From Rhizodiscina lignyota (taxonomy: Eukaryota), in NCBI GenBank assembly GCA_010015805.1, contig ML978122.1:2328453-2392452 (forward strand): a stretch of DNA of 64,000 nt. The letters are read 5' to 3'. Below, piece by piece: positions 61,285-64,000 of this stretch. Both the position numbers and the translations under genes were made by a program. The notes beneath the pieces were generated by a model, which was given only the letters and a program-made list of their open reading frames with translations, was not told where the DNA came from and made no database searches. How positions within the stretch are numbered: the first letter of the stretch is position 1; the number at the start of each line of letters is the position of its first letter.

Positions 61285-62345
61285 GCCTTATTTTAGGACT
61301 AATTTAACGAAGACTACTTTTAATACTATAATAGCTATATAAATATACGCTTTCTAGATTAGTATAATAAGTATAGAGTACTTATAGTAGTATTTCTACC
61401 TTATTTAACCTACTAGCTATAGCTACTAGATCTTACCTATTTTTATAGTATTAGGTACTACTATAGTATTAATCTAAATAAGTAGTAAATTAAAATATAA
61501 GGCCTTACCTCTCTAAGCAAGTAGTAGTTCTTTTTACTCTTTTAGCCTACCTAGTAAGTAGTATTTAGTAAGGAAATCATTAAATCTAGTTAGAAATAAG
61601 TAGGGATTTAGCTACTTAATCTAGAGTTAGTTATAGTATAAGTTAAACCTCCCTCCTAGCCTCTATTAAGTAATTTAGTAATCTTAAAGACCTTAGCACT
61701 CTTAGTATCTAAATAGAGGAAGGTAGAAGACCTTCTATATAACTCTATAAATACGCATTCTTAGAAGATCCTTAATATAATCTAGTATCTCGTATTTAAA
61801 GTATATTAACTTAGAAGTAAAAGAGATAGACTAAGACTAGTAGTAGGTATAGAGAAGCTTAAAAGCTATTAAGGCAAGCTATTATTTAACTAAATTCGGG
61901 ATAAATCTAACTATAAAGCTATAATATACTCCCTATTAAAGGTCTAGCTAGTACGAGAGAAGATAGCTTAAAAGGAGATTCAATAATAATAAGAAGATAT
62001 ATATAAACAAGAAGAAAAGAGTCGTAAATAAGCAGCTAAATAAGAGAAGGAACGTTTAGCTTAGGAAAGGCGAGAATAGTTAGCGGCGGCGAGGTTACGA
62101 AAAAGAGAGGAGGTAGCTCAAAAAAAGGTACAACTTTAGAAGGCTTATACATAGAAATAAGCAAACAAACAGCTTTAATCTAAGGCTAAAGCAGCTAATA
62201 AAAAGCTAAGGAATAAGTGTAACAAGAATCAAGAGATTCTAGAAGAGGTTGAAATTTTTAATAAGGAAAATGCTATTCTAGGCACTTAACCCACCCAAAC
62301 ACGATTAGGGCGTAAAACAAAGCCAATAAGGCGTTATCAGTATTA
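61285..62345 (+). mobile_element. RIP-degraded, 5'-truncated pogo/Fot1-type (DDE) DNA transposon remnant
   Basis: Very TpA-rich. Reversing transitions by eye gives RRLLLILD..FLDWC..VFPPHSTHRLQPLD..FWPAW..GIWPLNP..RGKPLF..YSPSKVQ..TRSGRK. Confidence 0.85.
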
Positions 62346-63850
62346 AGTTTCATAGCAAAACTTATAGGCAATAATCTCATCTATCACCAAATTAAATTTA
62401 AAGCTATTATCTCTTATAGTTATTGAGAAATCGTGCTCTGAAGTTGGTGGTGAAGTTGAAGGATAGGAGATCATCAGGTGGTGTAGATCACGTGACAGGG
62501 ATATCTCGTAAGCAGCCTCATGCAAAGGCAAACCCCAGGACGCTTGTCGCAGTTGACGACGCTTGTGCGAGTCAGGTACGCTACATCAGGCTACCCAGGT
62601 ACTGGATCATGAAGGTGACGCTGATGAGGCTCTGATCAGCGACGGTTTGCGGGACTCTCTTTAATTTTTGCAACCACATTTACAAACATACTATTGATTA
62701 GACTTCGTCTGTGGATCACTTGCATCGTTACGTCCCGTAGTGTCCAATCCGCTTTCTAGTCTTTTAATGTAGTGAGTCGATAGTTTAAGGGCTCATGAGC
62801 AACACACCCAAGGCAAAAGATTCGTAAGTTGTTGCAGTTTACGACGCTTTTACGAGTCAGGCATGCTGTTGGATCACAAGTGACATTATTCACCAGAGGT
62901 GCGATTCCATTTCCCTTGCAGATATGTCGAGTCAGGTGTGAGACATCTTGTTGGTCCACGAGGGAATGAGTTCTTTTGCTTAGACATCTTCTAATATAAT
63001 TGGGGATCTCTATTCTTGTGGTCACATCAGCAAATGTATTATCGAATAACATCCCTTCCCCAGTGCCGGAAATCGCCCCGCGACGGAAAACCGGCGTTTG
63101 TGAAGCCGCCAGTGTCTGCGTTTGTGGAAAAGTTTAGATTTTCTCATAATGTCTTTCAGCAAGCCCTCTTTCATGTTCATCGTCTTCGGCTAATGATATC
63201 ATGCTTTGTTGGGTGCTGCTCGCTCGCGCGTACTGGACACGATACGACGCCACGGCTAAAATATCTCACCAAAACACCACTATTGCCAAAATATCGCTTT
63301 TAAATCTAGATAAGTGAAGAAACCAAGATCCTCAATGCGTCTGATGCTTGTAAATCATCACATACGATGCTGGGAGGGTTTAAAAGGGCAAATGGCCCTC
63401 GATCGCATCTGGAGTGTCACGCTTTTGATATGAGCTAACCGTATTCGCTTAGCGCATATCTTTATTGCTGAGTAACTCACTCTCGTGCCAAGCCATTAAA
63501 TTCTTGGCATGTTTGACAAGTGCGTTCGTTTGAACCTTTCGATCACCAGCAGACCAGCAGACTGATGCAGTTCTCAGGCCTCGCGCCGCGCCTCTTGCGG
63601 CGAGGAACATTGAAGGGCGTGATCTGATAAGCTAATCAGTAAGGCTTGGCATTTCGTGCCACATTTGCACTGCCACAGTGCTTCAGTCCTCAGTTCTGCT
63701 CAGCCTCGCTCAACTTCAGCTCAGCAATTAATCTTGCACTGTACTTATACTCTCCTCAACTCTGCTAAGTCTCAATTTAACATCAGGTGAATCTGAAGCA
63801 TTAATGATCATATTAATCCGGACAAAAACTCGCTGCCAACACCACCGACC

Positions 63851-64000
63851 ATGGCTGAAGTCGAACACCACTATTTTCAGTACAATCCAATTGAAAGTGC
63901 CGAGATAAGGCTGGTACAATTCCACGAGACAGAAAATGGCATATCTGGACGGTTTGAGACATTCCTTCTCGACGACGAATCCCGCCCAGTTCCCGCCTAT
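63851..64000 (+). CDS. Start of probable HET-domain (HET-6-like) protein, truncated by window end
   Basis: MAEVEHHYFQYNPIESAEIRLVQF..ISGRFETFLL..PAY resembles the segment that precedes the ALSYxWG motif. Confidence 0.65.
   Translation, partial: MAEVEHHYFQYNPIESAEIRLVQFHETENGISGRFETFLLDDESRPVPAY

Noticed and set aside
61200..63800. 5S rDNA/tRNA target site or exact Starship direct repeat
   Set aside because: No RNA gene recognised; short TTAC-type words are uninformative without the other end.

Overview
Filamentous ascomycete (Pezizomycotina-type) genomic DNA with short GT-AG introns and patches of RIP-like AT-rich decay. Most of the window (about 1-61.3 kb) looks like a giant Starship transposon on the minus strand. 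Its 5-exon DUF3435 tyrosine-recombinase 'captain' lies at 58768-61052. It carries the typical Starship accessory genes: ferric reductase, DUF3723, a patatin-like phospholipase and a TPR/NLR-like gene. The remaining cargo is rich in chromatin and proteostasis regulators: a 3xSIM+RING (STUbL-like) ligase, three chromodomain genes, a JmjC protein, two MADS-like genes, a C2H2 factor and two related F-box-like ORFs. It also has two kinase + convergent small Cys-rich ORF pairs, secreted proteins, FPGS and two AAA ATPases. The captain-proximal end abuts a 5'-truncated, RIP-degraded pogo/Fot1 transposon, followed by probable host DNA with the start of a HET-domain gene. The other Starship end was not found and probably lies left of the window. 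All family calls come from motif recognition by eye, not database searches.
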